Virus record (IMG/VR): IMGVR_UViG_3300045988_157278
Source of the DNA: a virus
Length of the DNA: 39,860 nt
Reading direction: 5' to 3' (one strand)
Shown piece by piece: positions 25,985-36,428 of this stretch. The position numbers and the translations under genes were made by a program. How positions within the stretch are numbered: the stretch's first letter is position 1; each line of letters opens with the position of its first letter. A model generated the notes under the pieces. The model had not been told where the DNA came from, did not search any database, and saw nothing but the letters and a program-made list of their open reading frames with translations.

Positions 25985-26137
25985 ATGCTATCCAAAAAAG
26001 AAGAAAATGCAAAAGAAAAAGTTATTCTTGCTTTATCTGACAGGATCATTGATGAATTAAAAGACACTTCCTTAAAGCGTGATGAAAGTGCCTTGGTAAA
26101 TCTGATCATCGGATTTGCAAAATTATTAAATGTTTAA
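25985..26137 (+). CDS. small hypothetical protein (50 aa)
   Basis: Strong RBS GGAAAGGAGGTAG 6 nt before the ATG. Confidence 0.35.
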   Translation: MLSKKEENAKEKVILALSDRIIDELKDTSLKRDESALVNLIIGFAKLLNV

Positions 26138-26307
26138 TCATTATCTGATTCTGCTAATGCTTCATAAATTTTGATATAGTAGTCAGTAACATTTTTAGCG
26201 CTCTGCTCAGGCGATGATGTATGCGGAATCAAATGCTGTTCTATAGCGATTTTAGTAAATTCTTCAGCAAGAGTCAGCGCATAGTTATCTGCAAGTTTAT
26301 TTTTCAT
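26134..26307 (-). CDS. small hypothetical protein (57 aa), antisense to the head module
   Basis: RBS AAGGGGGTG 7 nt before the ATG at 26307. Convergent with 25985-26137. Confidence 0.4.
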   Translation of the reverse strand: MKNKLADNYALTLAEEFTKIAIEQHLIPHTSSPEQSAKNVTDYYIKIYEALAESDND

Positions 26308-26392
26308 AATATCGCACCCCCTTTCCTTACAGATAAATATTATCACAGAAAAAGGAAAGGTCAATTATTCGATTACAAAGGAGGTGAAAGGA

Positions 26393-27034
26393 ATGGATGA
26401 ATTTGTAAGAAGAAGCTATATGTGTGAAGTCCGTTCGGAGGATGGCAATTCGGAGAACGAGCGTATCATCGTAGGACGGCCGATCGTATATGAAAGTAAA
26501 ACAGATATGGGATGGTATGACGAAGTGATATGCCGTGGCGCGCTGGATGAAACAGACCTTACGGATGTGAGCTTTTTAGTTAATCATATGACCGGTATGA
26601 TACCGATGGCCAGAAGTCGAAAAGACAATATAAACAGCACGATGCAGCTGAGCGTCGATGTCAACGGTATGGCGATCCGAGCTGGTGTGGATGTCGTAAA
26701 CAATGGGACTGCAAGAGAATTCTGTTCTGCTGTGGACAGGGGAGATATATGCGGCATGTCCTTCATGTTTGGTATTCGCAAACAGCGTTGGGATGATCTG
26801 GATTCTGAACATCCGACAAGGTACATCGAAAAGATATCTATCGTAATGGAAGTGTCAGGTGTGACATGGCCGGCTTATGAGGAAACAGATATATCTTTGC
26901 GGGATAAAGGAAACTGCGACGAAGCCCGACAGGCGTTTGAACACGCAAAAGAAGAACAGGCGCTGAGCAGGAAAGATACAGCCTGCGTGAATAAAGCGAA
27001 AGCACTGGTACGTATGTACAGGAAAGGAAAATAA
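26393..27034 (+). CDS. prohead protease (HK97 family, S78-like)
   Basis: RBS AAGGAGGTG. It sits between portal and capsid, with length and motifs typical of prohead proteases. Confidence 0.75.
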   Translation: MDEFVRRSYMCEVRSEDGNSENERIIVGRPIVYESKTDMGWYDEVICRGALDETDLTDVSFLVNHMTGMIPMARSRKDNINSTMQLSVDVNGMAIRAGVDVVNNGTAREFCSAVDRGDICGMSFMFGIRKQRWDDLDSEHPTRYIEKISIVMEVSGVTWPAYEETDISLRDKGNCDEARQAFEHAKEEQALSRKDTACVNKAKALVRMYRKGK

Positions 27035-27037
27035 GAT

Positions 27038-28339
27038 ATGAACATCAGAGAGTATTTGAACAATCTATTGAAAGACTTCAGAGAACAGAGAAGTACCCTT
27101 CGCACATCATTGGTTGCAGCCGAGACGCAGGAAGAGCGCCAGGCGATCAATGAAAGTCTGGATGCTGTGGAGGAGCAGATCGAATCCGTGAATGAACAGA
27201 TTCGGTCCCTGCCGCCTGTTGATGATGCAGGCGACGCAGGAAATGGAGAACAGCGAGGATTCAATCCACTGGCAAGCTATGGATTGAATGCAGGAGGTGC
27301 AGCTGCGGCTGCCGACGAGGAACGTGAAGCGGGTCCAACAGGAACTATGGAATATCGAAAGGCATTCCAGAAATATTTCCGTACAGGTGAGATGGATGAG
27401 GTTCTGATCACTCGTGCAAATGAAGCGAATACCAGTGAAGACCTGGGCGTCGTGATTCCGGTCACAGTCATGCAGACATTCATCACGGAAGTGGAGAAAG
27501 TCCGCGGACAGCTGTACACAAAAGTCAAGAAAACAAATGTCAAGGGCGGAATGAAATATCCGATCGGAGCATTTGGCGCAACCTTCAAACGAATCACAGA
27601 AGGTACGGTAAGCGATCGCCAAAAGGGTGGAAAGACTACCGGGCATGTCCAGTTCGGATATAACATCGGTGAGATCCGTATCGCAAAGACATTGCTGGAA
27701 AGTATCCTGGAGACTGCTGCATTTGAAACTGAACTGGGAAAAGTGATTGCGAAAGCATATGTAGAAGCGATGGATAAGGAGATCATCTCCGGAGTTCCGG
27801 CAAACAATGAAATGGAAGGGATCCTGACAGAAGCAAAAAAGGAAAGTGGAAGCCGCATCCTGCCAGCGAACATCATTGCGTTTACTGCAGACGATATCAG
27901 TGACTGGACAGCATGGGAAAAGAAAATGTTTGCAGTGATCCCTATGGCAATGGAAAAAGAACGTCCGGAATTCGTGATTGCGAAGCAGACATATGTCAGC
28001 AACCTCTGCACGATGAAGGATACATCCGGACAGCCAATCAAAAAAGCAGGATTTGACGCCAGCGACAAGTTGCACAAATTCAATGAATACGAAGTGAATC
28101 GTGTAGAAAAAGATATCTTCAAGGACTTTGACAGCTGCGAGGACGGGGATTACTTCGGTATGTTCTGGGTTCCGGAAATGGCTTATGCTATCAATTCCAA
28201 TATGGAGTTTACGCTGATGCGATATTTCGACCATGAAACGAATCAGTATGTCGATAAGGCGCTGGTCGTGAATGACGGCAAGGTATTGGATCCAGCATAT
28301 ATCTATTTGCTGAAAAAATCTGCCCCTGCGCAGGGATAG
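27038..28339 (+). CDS. major capsid protein (HK97 fold) with N-terminal coiled-coil delta/scaffold domain
   Basis: 433 aa with an N-terminal coiled coil followed by the capsid domain. Located directly after the protease. Confidence 0.85.
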   Translation: MNIREYLNNLLKDFREQRSTLRTSLVAAETQEERQAINESLDAVEEQIESVNEQIRSLPPVDDAGDAGNGEQRGFNPLASYGLNAGGAAAAADEEREAGPTGTMEYRKAFQKYFRTGEMDEVLITRANEANTSEDLGVVIPVTVMQTFITEVEKVRGQLYTKVKKTNVKGGMKYPIGAFGATFKRITEGTVSDRQKGGKTTGHVQFGYNIGEIRIAKTLLESILETAAFETELGKVIAKAYVEAMDKEIISGVPANNEMEGILTEAKKESGSRILPANIIAFTADDISDWTAWEKKMFAVIPMAMEKERPEFVIAKQTYVSNLCTMKDTSGQPIKKAGFDASDKLHKFNEYEVNRVEKDIFKDFDSCEDGDYFGMFWVPEMAYAINSNMEFTLMRYFDHETNQYVDKALVVNDGKVLDPAYIYLLKKSAPAQG

Positions 28340-28356
28340 GCAGGGGGTGACCATCC

Positions 28357-28641
28357 ATGGAGGATGCACTGATCCTTGAAAAAGTAAAGACAGCACTGGG
28401 CGTTACAGGTGCCTATCAGGATGGCACGATATCGTTCTATATCGATGAAACGAAGGCATACCTGAAGAGTGCCGGAATCGATCCGCGTGTGATCGATTCG
28501 CCGGCATCCTTCGGGGTGATCGCCCGCGGCGTTGCGGACCTGTGGAACTATGGCGCTGGATCCGGACGGCTGTCACCCTATTTTAAAGAGCGGGCAATGC
28601 AACTGAGTTTTGAAAAGAGTGATAACGATGTATCGACCTAA
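28357..28641 (+). CDS. head-tail connector (gp6-like)
   Basis: Size, position and pattern match a gp6-like connector. Confidence 0.55.
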   Translation: MEDALILEKVKTALGVTGAYQDGTISFYIDETKAYLKSAGIDPRVIDSPASFGVIARGVADLWNYGAGSGRLSPYFKERAMQLSFEKSDNDVST

Positions 28642-28987
28642 AGACCCGTTTACTGTACCTGTGTTATTGTTGCCGGTCTTAAAATGTGAAAATATCAAAG
28701 GAACTATCAAAAAGATATTCCTGGATCCTGCAGATGCTACGGATGATAAGCAGCTGCTTGTCAGCATGCGCACCTATGGGGGGACGGAAACAGTCGTGAA
28801 TGGAATCATGACGATCAACGATACAGCAATCGTGGAAACATGGTATCGGCCGGATATCAAAGCAGACTGCCGTATCTATGTGTGTGAGACACAGCGCACA
28901 TACGATATCGTATCGCCACCGGAAGATATCGATATGCGACACCAGTTTGTAAAATTCAAAATACGCTCATTAGGTGGCAAACCATGA
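28628..28987 (+). CDS. head closure / head-tail adaptor protein
   Basis: ATG at 28628 overlaps the previous gene. Position matches synteny. Confidence 0.5.
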   Translation: MYRPKDPFTVPVLLLPVLKCENIKGTIKKIFLDPADATDDKQLLVSMRTYGGTETVVNGIMTINDTAIVETWYRPDIKADCRIYVCETQRTYDIVSPPEDIDMRHQFVKFKIRSLGGKP

Positions 28988-29397
28988 GCAACAAGATCAG
29001 TATGGAGTTTGATGGTTTTGAACTACTGGAAGATGAGTTTGATGCAATACTGGCGGATCTAGGCGAAATGGTGAGTGAAGGATTAAAAGAAGCACATGGA
29101 ATCATTACGAGGAAAGCAGAGCCGGCAATCAGAAAACATCACTTGACTGGTGAAACAGAAGATTCGCTGATTGCAAATCCGACCGTTTCATGGAGTGGCT
29201 TGAGCGCATCTACAAAGGTCGGTTTCCGCATCCGTGACGGAGGTTTGCCATCCATCTTTCTGATGTACGGGACACCTAGGATGAACAAGGATCAGGAGCT
29301 ATATGATGCCTTCCATGGCGCTTCTACATCCGAGAGCATCGAAAGAGCGCAGAAAAATATCATAGAAAAATTCATGTCATTCAAGAAAGGGCGGTAG
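28984..29397 (+). CDS. HK97 gp10-like tail-component protein
   Basis: ATGA overlap with the previous gene. Size and position match. Confidence 0.55.
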   Translation: MSNKISMEFDGFELLEDEFDAILADLGEMVSEGLKEAHGIITRKAEPAIRKHHLTGETEDSLIANPTVSWSGLSASTKVGFRIRDGGLPSIFLMYGTPRMNKDQELYDAFHGASTSESIERAQKNIIEKFMSFKKGR

Positions 29398-29401
29398 ATG
29401 C

Positions 29402-29782
29402 ATGCAGGAGCGAATAATAAAGCTATTGAATGCTTTTGGATACCCGATCTACAGACAAGGATCGATGAGTTCGACACAAGAATATCCACAGGCATTCTTC
29501 ACAACATGGAACAACGATACACGGGAAGAAGCATTCTATGGAGGAGAAGCAAGACGTAGAGTATGGGATTACGATATAAATTTCTATGCATCTGATCCCG
29601 AACTGGTAGATAAGATACCAGAGGAAGCTATTGCTAGAATGAAAAGGGAAGGATTCATCATCGATCGCGCGGGATACGATGTGATGAGCGACGAACAAAC
29701 ACATACAGGCAGAGGGATACACATCCTCTGCATCGATGATATGAAGAAAGAAAGAGAGGATGAGCTTAATGGCAACATTTGA
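29402..29782 (+). CDS. tail completion / terminator-like protein
   Basis: Position matches synteny. Confidence 0.45.
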   Translation: MQERIIKLLNAFGYPIYRQGSMSSTQEYPQAFFTTWNNDTREEAFYGGEARRRVWDYDINFYASDPELVDKIPEEAIARMKREGFIIDRAGYDVMSDEQTHTGRGIHILCIDDMKKEREDELNGNI

Positions 29783-30389
29783 AGAATTCCGAAATTGCAG
29801 GAATGCATGTATTGCATTGGTAACAAGTGACACGATTGAAGCATATGAAACAGGACAGGTCATGCCATTGGCGCCGCTTGCTGAGATTTCGAAGACAACA
29901 GCAACAGCAAGTGAAGCAAAATACTATGATGGATCACCACTTATCGTTGTAAATGCTGAAGGAGCCGACACAGTAACTTTGACAACCACGGTCATTCCGC
30001 TCAAGACGCTGGCAATGATCACGGGAAAAAAAGTAGATGCAAAAACCGGAGCATTGATGGATGGCCCTGCAAAACCGGTGTATTTTGCACTGGGTTACAT
30101 CCTTGAAAAGACGGATGGAACGAATCGTTACGTATGGCGTTATAAATGCTCTGCGAGCATTCCGGACGAGAGTGGGAAGACGGCGACTGCAGGTACAGAA
30201 ACTTCAAATCAGCAGATCACGATCACTGGTATCAATACCATTCATAAATTCACAAAGCCGCAAGCTTCACAAAAAGCACTCGTCGTAGATGAATCCGATG
30301 GACTGGCAGACCTGACTACATTCTTCAATGAAGTAACGACATGCGACACTTTGAGACCGCTGAATTCAGATGTATCGTCTGAAGGGTAA
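29769..30389 (+). CDS. major tail protein
   Basis: About 200 aa and T/S/G-rich, directly upstream of the chaperone pair. An alternative ATG is at 29760. Confidence 0.7.
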   Translation: MATFEEFRNCRNACIALVTSDTIEAYETGQVMPLAPLAEISKTTATASEAKYYDGSPLIVVNAEGADTVTLTTTVIPLKTLAMITGKKVDAKTGALMDGPAKPVYFALGYILEKTDGTNRYVWRYKCSASIPDESGKTATAGTETSNQQITITGINTIHKFTKPQASQKALVVDESDGLADLTTFFNEVTTCDTLRPLNSDVSSEG

Positions 30390-30401
30390 TGAGGTGATTA
30401 T

Positions 30402-30728
30402 ATGTTACTGAACATCTGGAAAGACCAGACGACGATCGAAAAGACAGTGCAGGCAGATGCTTATGATATCATGCTGGGAACGGTAGACGATATCCTTGCT
30501 TTACTTGACGATGTATTGAAATTAGATGAGGAAGGTGACTTCAACGGCCTTCTCCTGGAGCTTATCAGGAATAATCTTCCGCGGGTAAAACATTTGTTGA
30601 AAGAGATATTTCCATCATTGAAAGATGAAGATTTAAAAAGAATCAAGATGAAGGAACTCGTCCCATTGTTTGTGGAATTGGTCATGTACTGCAAAGAATC
30701 GATGGAGTATGACGGAAAAAACGTGTAG
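30402..30728 (+). CDS. tail assembly chaperone (gpG-like)
   Basis: Acidic 108-aa protein between the major tail protein and the tape measure protein. It ends with the slippery heptamer A_AAA_AAC. Confidence 0.65.
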   Translation: MLLNIWKDQTTIEKTVQADAYDIMLGTVDDILALLDDVLKLDEEGDFNGLLLELIRNNLPRVKHLLKEIFPSLKDEDLKRIKMKELVPLFVELVMYCKESMEYDGKNV

Positions 30729-30756
30729 AGGGTGAGGGTGGCAGCACTCTCACCCT
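30716..30756 (+). promoter_or_regulatory. programmed -1 ribosomal frameshift signal: A_AAA_AAC plus stimulatory hairpin AGGGTGAG/CTCACCCT
   Basis: X_XXY_YYZ heptamer in the gpG frame, an 8-bp stem with a 12-nt loop, and an open -1 frame downstream. Confidence 0.5.
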
Positions 30757-30961
30757 TTATCAAGTGATGTTTCGTATGCAAGATATGCTGTGCACCAGGT
30801 ATACCGGAATGAACCCGCTCATGCTGCGCAAAGAACGCAGTGGAGAAGTGTTCAAGTTGGTGAAACGCATCCTGGACAGCATTGAAGTTAATGAAGAAGA
30901 GATACAAAATAATAACAACCGTGTCATACGCCGAAAAGCAACAGATGACAGCTGGTATTAG
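30722..30961 (+). CDS. gpT-like C-terminal extension reached by -1 frameshift from gpG (GT fusion product)
   Basis: The -1 frame is open from 30713. The slippery site at 30716-30722 is followed 6 nt later by an 8-bp hairpin. Confidence 0.5.
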   Translation, partial: RVEGEGGSTLTLYQVMFRMQDMLCTRYTGMNPLMLRKERSGEVFKLVKRILDSIEVNEEEIQNNNNRVIRRKATDDSWY

Positions 30962-30975
30962 AGGGAGGTGCAGAT

Positions 30976-33900
30976 ATGGCTAGAAATACAGAAGCGACGA
31001 TGAAATATAGAGCGGACATAAGTGAATTGAAATCGAGTATACAGTCCGCCAATCGTGAAATCAAGTTGGCAAACGCTCAGTTCAAAGCTGGAACAGTCGG
31101 CATGAAGGATTGGTCATCATCCGCGGATGGTCTGAGTGCAAAGCAAAAGCAGTTGACAAGCGTTATCGCCGCTCAGAAGCAGAAACTGACTGACCTCGAA
31201 AAACAATACGCTCTCGTTTGTGAAAACCAGGGAGAAAATTCTAAAATGGCGCAGGATCTCGCTGTGAAGATCGAAAAGCAGAAATCAACAGTCATTGCCA
31301 GTGAACAGGCAATGGAAAGATACAATAAAAAACTGATCGATGCAAAAAACAGTGGAAAAATCACAGCTGAAGAGTTTGAACGCCTGGCTTCCGCACAATC
31401 AAAAGAAGCAGCTGAATCATTGAAGGCGGCACAAAAGGCTGAGCATACGACGAAGAAGCTGACAGAATTAAAAGAGGTATCTGCAGAACTAACAACACGA
31501 ATCGGTAAGGGGTTGGTCACAGCTTTAAAAGCAGGAGCTGCAGCTATGGGGGCGATGATCGCAACATCTACGAAAGTCGGTGTGGAATTCGAAGCAGGGA
31601 TGAGTGAAGTGCAAGGCATCAGTAGGGCAAGTGCAGAAGATATGGAGTTATTGAGTGCAAAAGCTAAAGAGATGGGAGCGAAAACAAAGTTTTCTGCATC
31701 TGAAGCAGCAGAAGCATTCAAATATATGGCGATGGCCGGATGGAAGACACAAGATATGCTGGTGGGGATCGAAGGTATCATGCAGCTTGCGGCTGCTTCC
31801 GGAGAAGACCTGGCAACTGTATCCGATATCGTAACAGATGGACTGACGGCATTCGGACTGAGCGCCAAAGATTCTGGGCATTTTGCAGATGTCCTCGCTG
31901 CCGCATCCTCAAACGCTAATACGAACGTATCCATGATGGGAGAATCTTTCAAGGAAGCAGCTGCCTTATCAGGCACCATGAAATACAGCATAGATGATAT
32001 GTCGGTGGCGATCGGTCTGATGGCAAACAGTGGTATCAAAGGATCCAAAGCCGGAACGACACTGAAGAACGCGATTGCGAATATGGCGAAGCCGACCGAT
32101 GCTATGCGAGAATTGATGGATAAGTATAATCTTTCCCTTTCAAACGCAGATGGAACGATGAAGCCGTTTGCTACTGTTGTAGAAGATCTGCGAAAAGCAT
32201 TCGGTGGATTGACTAAAGATCAGCAGGCTAGCGCAGCAGCAACACTATTCGGAAAAGAAAGTATGGCCGGTATGCTGTCTGTCATCAATGCAAGTGAGAG
32301 TGATTACAATAAGCTGAAAACAGCAATCAAGAACGCAGATGGAGCATCCAAGGAAATGGCGGATACGATGCAGAACAATGTAAAAGGATCTGCAACGATA
32401 CTGAAATCCACCCTTGAAGGTTTAGGAATACAAATGTACGATGTTTTTAAGGATGATCTTAAAAAGGGAATCGATTCTGTTACGAAAGAGTTTAGCAAGT
32501 TGTCAAGAGAACTCAGTAAGCCGAATATAAAAAATGCGCTGGCTAGTGTTGTAAAAGGATTGTCATCTTTCTTACAGGCTGGTTTAAAGGTCATTACGTC
32601 ACTTATCCCGCCGTTGATAGAGGGATTTGCTTTTATGGCAACGAATGCAGACAAGTTGATTCCACTCATTACAGGGCTGGCAGGTGCATTTATCGTCTAC
32701 CAGACTAAGACAGCTATCGCAACAAAAGCAACCGGTGAATTGAATGCGATACAACTTGTAGCGAAGGCTGGATCTGTCGCTTACAACACGGTGATGGGGA
32801 TACTGAACGGGACGATGGATATCCAGATCGTTAAGACTAAAGCATTGAACCTGCTTCATTCAGCAAGTCCATGGGGATTGGTAGCACTTGCGATTGGCGG
32901 TGTCGTTGCGGCGTTATTGGCTTTTAACAACCAAGAAGACGAAGCAACAAAAAAGCTGAGAGAAAACGCAGACGAAGCTAAGGAGAATCGTGAAGCATGG
33001 GATGAGATGAACGAAGCTAAACAGATGGCGATGCAGGACGGTGCAGCTGAAATTGACTACTACATGCGCCTGAAAGAGGAAATGTCATCACTCGTGGATG
33101 CGAATGGTAAAGTAAAAAAAGGTTACGAAGGCCGTGTAAAATTTATCGTAGGTGAATTGAATGATGCATTAGGAACAGAGATATCCATGACCGGTAACGT
33201 TATTGACAACTATAAGGAACAGATGAAGGCATTAGATGACCTTATGGCAAAACAACGTGCGAAAACGATCATTGATGCTGGTGCAGAAGCATACTCCACA
33301 GCAATCAAAAATCAGACGAAGGCATTGCAAGAACAGAAGGATGCTGAAAAAGAAGTCATGGACCAGAAAGCGAAGCTGCAAAAAAGTGTTGAAAAGCTCA
33401 TGGAAGAAGGTCTAACGAACGAACAGGCTTGGTACGCTATCAGGGCAGGTGCCGCAGGAGAAGATCTCGTTCTGGCAGAAGAAACCTATGCGGAAAAGAA
33501 ACGCCTTGCGGAAGGTTATACAGAGACGATTGCGGAACAGGAGATGCTGCAGAAACTATATGCACAAGGAAACGCTGAAGACATCGCGGCTATCAATGCA
33601 TATATATCGAGGTCGTACGATGATAAAGGTAAAAAGGTCGTATTATCAACGCAGGAACAGGTAACCAACGAAGAAACACTGCTGTCTTATCTGAAACAGA
33701 GATATAAGGATACCGGGGATCAGATGTATCAGGATCAGATAAAAGCAAGCGAGAATCGACTGAAAAATCTGAAGGAAGATGTGAAGAACCAAAAATCTAC
33801 TGTCGAGGAAGGGACCGGAGGATTCCGAACTGCATGGGAGAATATGACTAAGCAGGGTAACAGCGGATTTGAGAAAGGTTCTGACAATTATAAGGTAGCA

Positions 33901-34530
33901 GCTTTAAACCAGGTCATGATGGCTAAGCTGGGTATCACAAAAAACACGAAGGAGACGACAGGAGCATGGGAATTCCTGGCAGCGCAGGGACTGGCTGCTT
34001 ATGATGATAAAGCAAAGCAATGGAGATTTACCGAAGCCGGAGAATTGTATGCGTTGGGGGCAAAAGCGGGAATTCAAAATAAGCAAGGTGATGTGTGGGG
34101 GGCTGTTAGCGGCATGGCTAGCGGCATGGTAACAGCCATGTTCCAGGCACTGGATATCCATTCACCTTCCAGAAAAGCATATAAAGGCGGAGATTATTTT
34201 GGTTTAGGACTTGTCAATGCCTTACGTGACCGCATTCCGTCTATAAAAAAAGTAATCAGTGAAATAACTGCCGTGATGCTTGACGGTACAAGTGCTATAG
34301 CTCCGCAACTTAATGACAATATGAGTATAGCTGTATCAGGTATGCAGAAAAGTGCTGCCTCCAGAACGCAGACGCCACAGACGCCGCAGCAATCTCAGGG
34401 AACCACAGGATCGCAAACGACATTCAATCAGTACAATTATAGCCCGAAAGCATTATCACAGAGAGAAATCTATCGTAATACGAATAGAGCGCTTCGTTTT
34501 AAAGATATGATCGGAGGTATCAGAAGATGA
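30976..34530 (+). CDS. tail tape measure protein
   Basis: 1184 aa, coiled-coil rich, with a conserved TMP core (AFKYMAMAGWKTQDM...). Confidence 0.9.
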   Translation: MARNTEATMKYRADISELKSSIQSANREIKLANAQFKAGTVGMKDWSSSADGLSAKQKQLTSVIAAQKQKLTDLEKQYALVCENQGENSKMAQDLAVKIEKQKSTVIASEQAMERYNKKLIDAKNSGKITAEEFERLASAQSKEAAESLKAAQKAEHTTKKLTELKEVSAELTTRIGKGLVTALKAGAAAMGAMIATSTKVGVEFEAGMSEVQGISRASAEDMELLSAKAKEMGAKTKFSASEAAEAFKYMAMAGWKTQDMLVGIEGIMQLAAASGEDLATVSDIVTDGLTAFGLSAKDSGHFADVLAAASSNANTNVSMMGESFKEAAALSGTMKYSIDDMSVAIGLMANSGIKGSKAGTTLKNAIANMAKPTDAMRELMDKYNLSLSNADGTMKPFATVVEDLRKAFGGLTKDQQASAAATLFGKESMAGMLSVINASESDYNKLKTAIKNADGASKEMADTMQNNVKGSATILKSTLEGLGIQMYDVFKDDLKKGIDSVTKEFSKLSRELSKPNIKNALASVVKGLSSFLQAGLKVITSLIPPLIEGFAFMATNADKLIPLITGLAGAFIVYQTKTAIATKATGELNAIQLVAKAGSVAYNTVMGILNGTMDIQIVKTKALNLLHSASPWGLVALAIGGVVAALLAFNNQEDEATKKLRENADEAKENREAWDEMNEAKQMAMQDGAAEIDYYMRLKEEMSSLVDANGKVKKGYEGRVKFIVGELNDALGTEISMTGNVIDNYKEQMKALDDLMAKQRAKTIIDAGAEAYSTAIKNQTKALQEQKDAEKEVMDQKAKLQKSVEKLMEEGLTNEQAWYAIRAGAAGEDLVLAEETYAEKKRLAEGYTETIAEQEMLQKLYAQGNAEDIAAINAYISRSYDDKGKKVVLSTQEQVTNEETLLSYLKQRYKDTGDQMYQDQIKASENRLKNLKEDVKNQKSTVEEGTGGFRTAWENMTKQGNSGFEKGSDNYKVAALNQVMMAKLGITKNTKETTGAWEFLAAQGLAAYDDKAKQWRFTEAGELYALGAKAGIQNKQGDVWGAVSGMASGMVTAMFQALDIHSPSRKAYKGGDYFGLGLVNALRDRIPSIKKVISEITAVMLDGTSAIAPQLNDNMSIAVSGMQKSAASRTQTPQTPQQSQGTTGSQTTFNQYNYSPKALSQREIYRNTNRALRFKDMIGGIRR

Positions 34531-35381
34531 GTTTTGCATTATATATCGAAAATCAAAAGCAGGAAGTGCTGGACTTGACAAATGATGCCTCCTATACTGT
34601 GGTGCAGGTCGATGGCCTAGATCCACCAGATGCGCAGATCAGCACGACGAAGCGTATCGGTTATGATGGAGAGGATATTCAATCGGTCTACGTAGAACCG
34701 CGTACCATAACGATCTATATCGTGATGTATGGTGATGTCGAAGAAGCGCGCCTACGTTTATATCAATATGCACGTATCAAGCAGTATCTGAAAGTCCGCT
34801 ATCGTAATGCACACCGTGATGTGGTGGCGGAAGGAACTGTGCAAGGGATACAGTATGATCATTTTGCACAGATACCAATGATGCAGATCGTCGTGTACTG
34901 TCAGTATCCATATCTCCGAAACATCGACACGATAACAGACGGAGGATCGCAGATACAACCTGCATTCGGATTTGTTTTTTCTTGTGAAAACGGGAATACG
35001 TTTGAATTCGGGACATTTCTGGAAATTCCTGAGATCGTTGCGTTGAATAGTGGTGAAGTGGTAACCGGGATACGATTCATTTTCCGGATGAATGGTATCG
35101 TGAAAAATCCAAAGATATTCAATCGGGCAACAGGTCAATTCATAGCATTGGAATATGATTTTCAAGCCGGAGATGTCGTTACGCTATCCACTCATTTTGG
35201 AGATAAATATGCACAACTGCTACGAAATGCGCAAACGATAAATATATTTAATGCGATTACGAAAGATAGCACATGGATGCAGATGGATGTCGGTGATAAT
35301 GTATTTGTTTTTGAAGCTGCACAAGGACAGGACATGATCGAATTATCCATCATACATACGGATGAGTATGAGGGGGTATAA
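34527..35381 (+). CDS. distal tail protein (Dit)
   Basis: ATGA overlap with the tape measure protein. Size is typical. Confidence 0.7.
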   Translation: MSFALYIENQKQEVLDLTNDASYTVVQVDGLDPPDAQISTTKRIGYDGEDIQSVYVEPRTITIYIVMYGDVEEARLRLYQYARIKQYLKVRYRNAHRDVVAEGTVQGIQYDHFAQIPMMQIVVYCQYPYLRNIDTITDGGSQIQPAFGFVFSCENGNTFEFGTFLEIPEIVALNSGEVVTGIRFIFRMNGIVKNPKIFNRATGQFIALEYDFQAGDVVTLSTHFGDKYAQLLRNAQTINIFNAITKDSTWMQMDVGDNVFVFEAAQGQDMIELSIIHTDEYEGV

Positions 35382-35383
35382 AT

Positions 35384-36415
35384 ATGCAGCTGATAATATG
35401 TGACCGCGAATTTCAAAGGTTAGGAATGATCGAAACAGCATCCGTTATATGGATGAGCAGATATTATGATCTTGGAGATTTTGAGATATTAGTTGCGATG
35501 GATCAGAAACGTTATGAACTGCTGCACAAAGACTATTATGTTTTACGGTATGACGATCCCTATGTAGGGATTATTGAAGATATCAATATTACAGATGATG
35601 GCGAGACTGAGTATCTGAAGGTGACCGGTCGCTTTGCGGAATCTCTCCTCACGCGAAGGATCGTGTATAATCAAACACAGGTCAGCGGAACAGTAGAAAA
35701 TGGCCTGATTGCGCTGATAAAAGACAACATCACTGATCCTAAGATCAGTGCAAGAAAGATAGACATCATCGGCATCTCACCTTTAAAAGGCTTTCATGAA
35801 AAATTGAATGCGCAGTATACGGGTGATGAGATTGCGGAGGTTGTTACCGCCGTATGTCAGGCAAATGGGCTGGGATATCGGATGCCGTTGATAGATGATA
35901 GATTTATGTTTGAAATATACAAAGGGACGGATCGATCATATGCTCAGGACGAAAATCCGCACATAGTATTTTCTGATAAGAATGATAATCTTATATCAAG
36001 CACGTATACAGAAGTAAATTCCAAGCATAAGAATTTTGCGCTTGTGGCCGGAGAAGGAGAAGGTGCACAGCGCCGCAAGCTCCCGGTTGGGACATTGGAA
36101 GGCATAGACCGTAAAGAAACATTTGTAGATGCCAGAGATATATCGTCGAACGAAGGAGAAGTCTCGGATATAGAATATGACAAGGCATTGATGGAACGCG
36201 GATATGAAAAACTGTCAGAGACCGCCATGACACAGGCATTTGACGGAGAGGTCAGTATGAACGTGAACTATCAGTATCGCAAAGATTATCAGCTGGGTGA
36301 TATCGTCACGATCGAGAATGAAAGATGGGGAATATCAATAAATTCCCGTATTATCGAAGTGATGGAATCAGAAGATGAAAACGGATATATAGTAACACCA
36401 ACATTTGGAGCATGA
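35384..36415 (+). CDS. tail-associated protein (Tal / gp27-like baseplate hub N-domain)
   Basis: The N-terminus resembles the prophage-tail family. Position is after Dit. Confidence 0.6.
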   Translation: MQLIICDREFQRLGMIETASVIWMSRYYDLGDFEILVAMDQKRYELLHKDYYVLRYDDPYVGIIEDINITDDGETEYLKVTGRFAESLLTRRIVYNQTQVSGTVENGLIALIKDNITDPKISARKIDIIGISPLKGFHEKLNAQYTGDEIAEVVTAVCQANGLGYRMPLIDDRFMFEIYKGTDRSYAQDENPHIVFSDKNDNLISSTYTEVNSKHKNFALVAGEGEGAQRRKLPVGTLEGIDRKETFVDARDISSNEGEVSDIEYDKALMERGYEKLSETAMTQAFDGEVSMNVNYQYRKDYQLGDIVTIENERWGISINSRIIEVMESEDENGYIVTPTFGA

Positions 36416-36428
36416 GGAGGTATAAGGC

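Noticed and set aside
27107-28396. Long minus-strand ORFs (429 aa and 281 aa) antisense to the major capsid gene
   Set aside because: They are fully contained within a confidently assigned capsid gene. Their compositions are low-complexity and Cys/Ser/Phe-rich, typical of antisense frames. No RBS. Same conclusion for 31173-32048 (-) inside the tape measure gene and 22590-23009 (-) opposite the small terminase gene.
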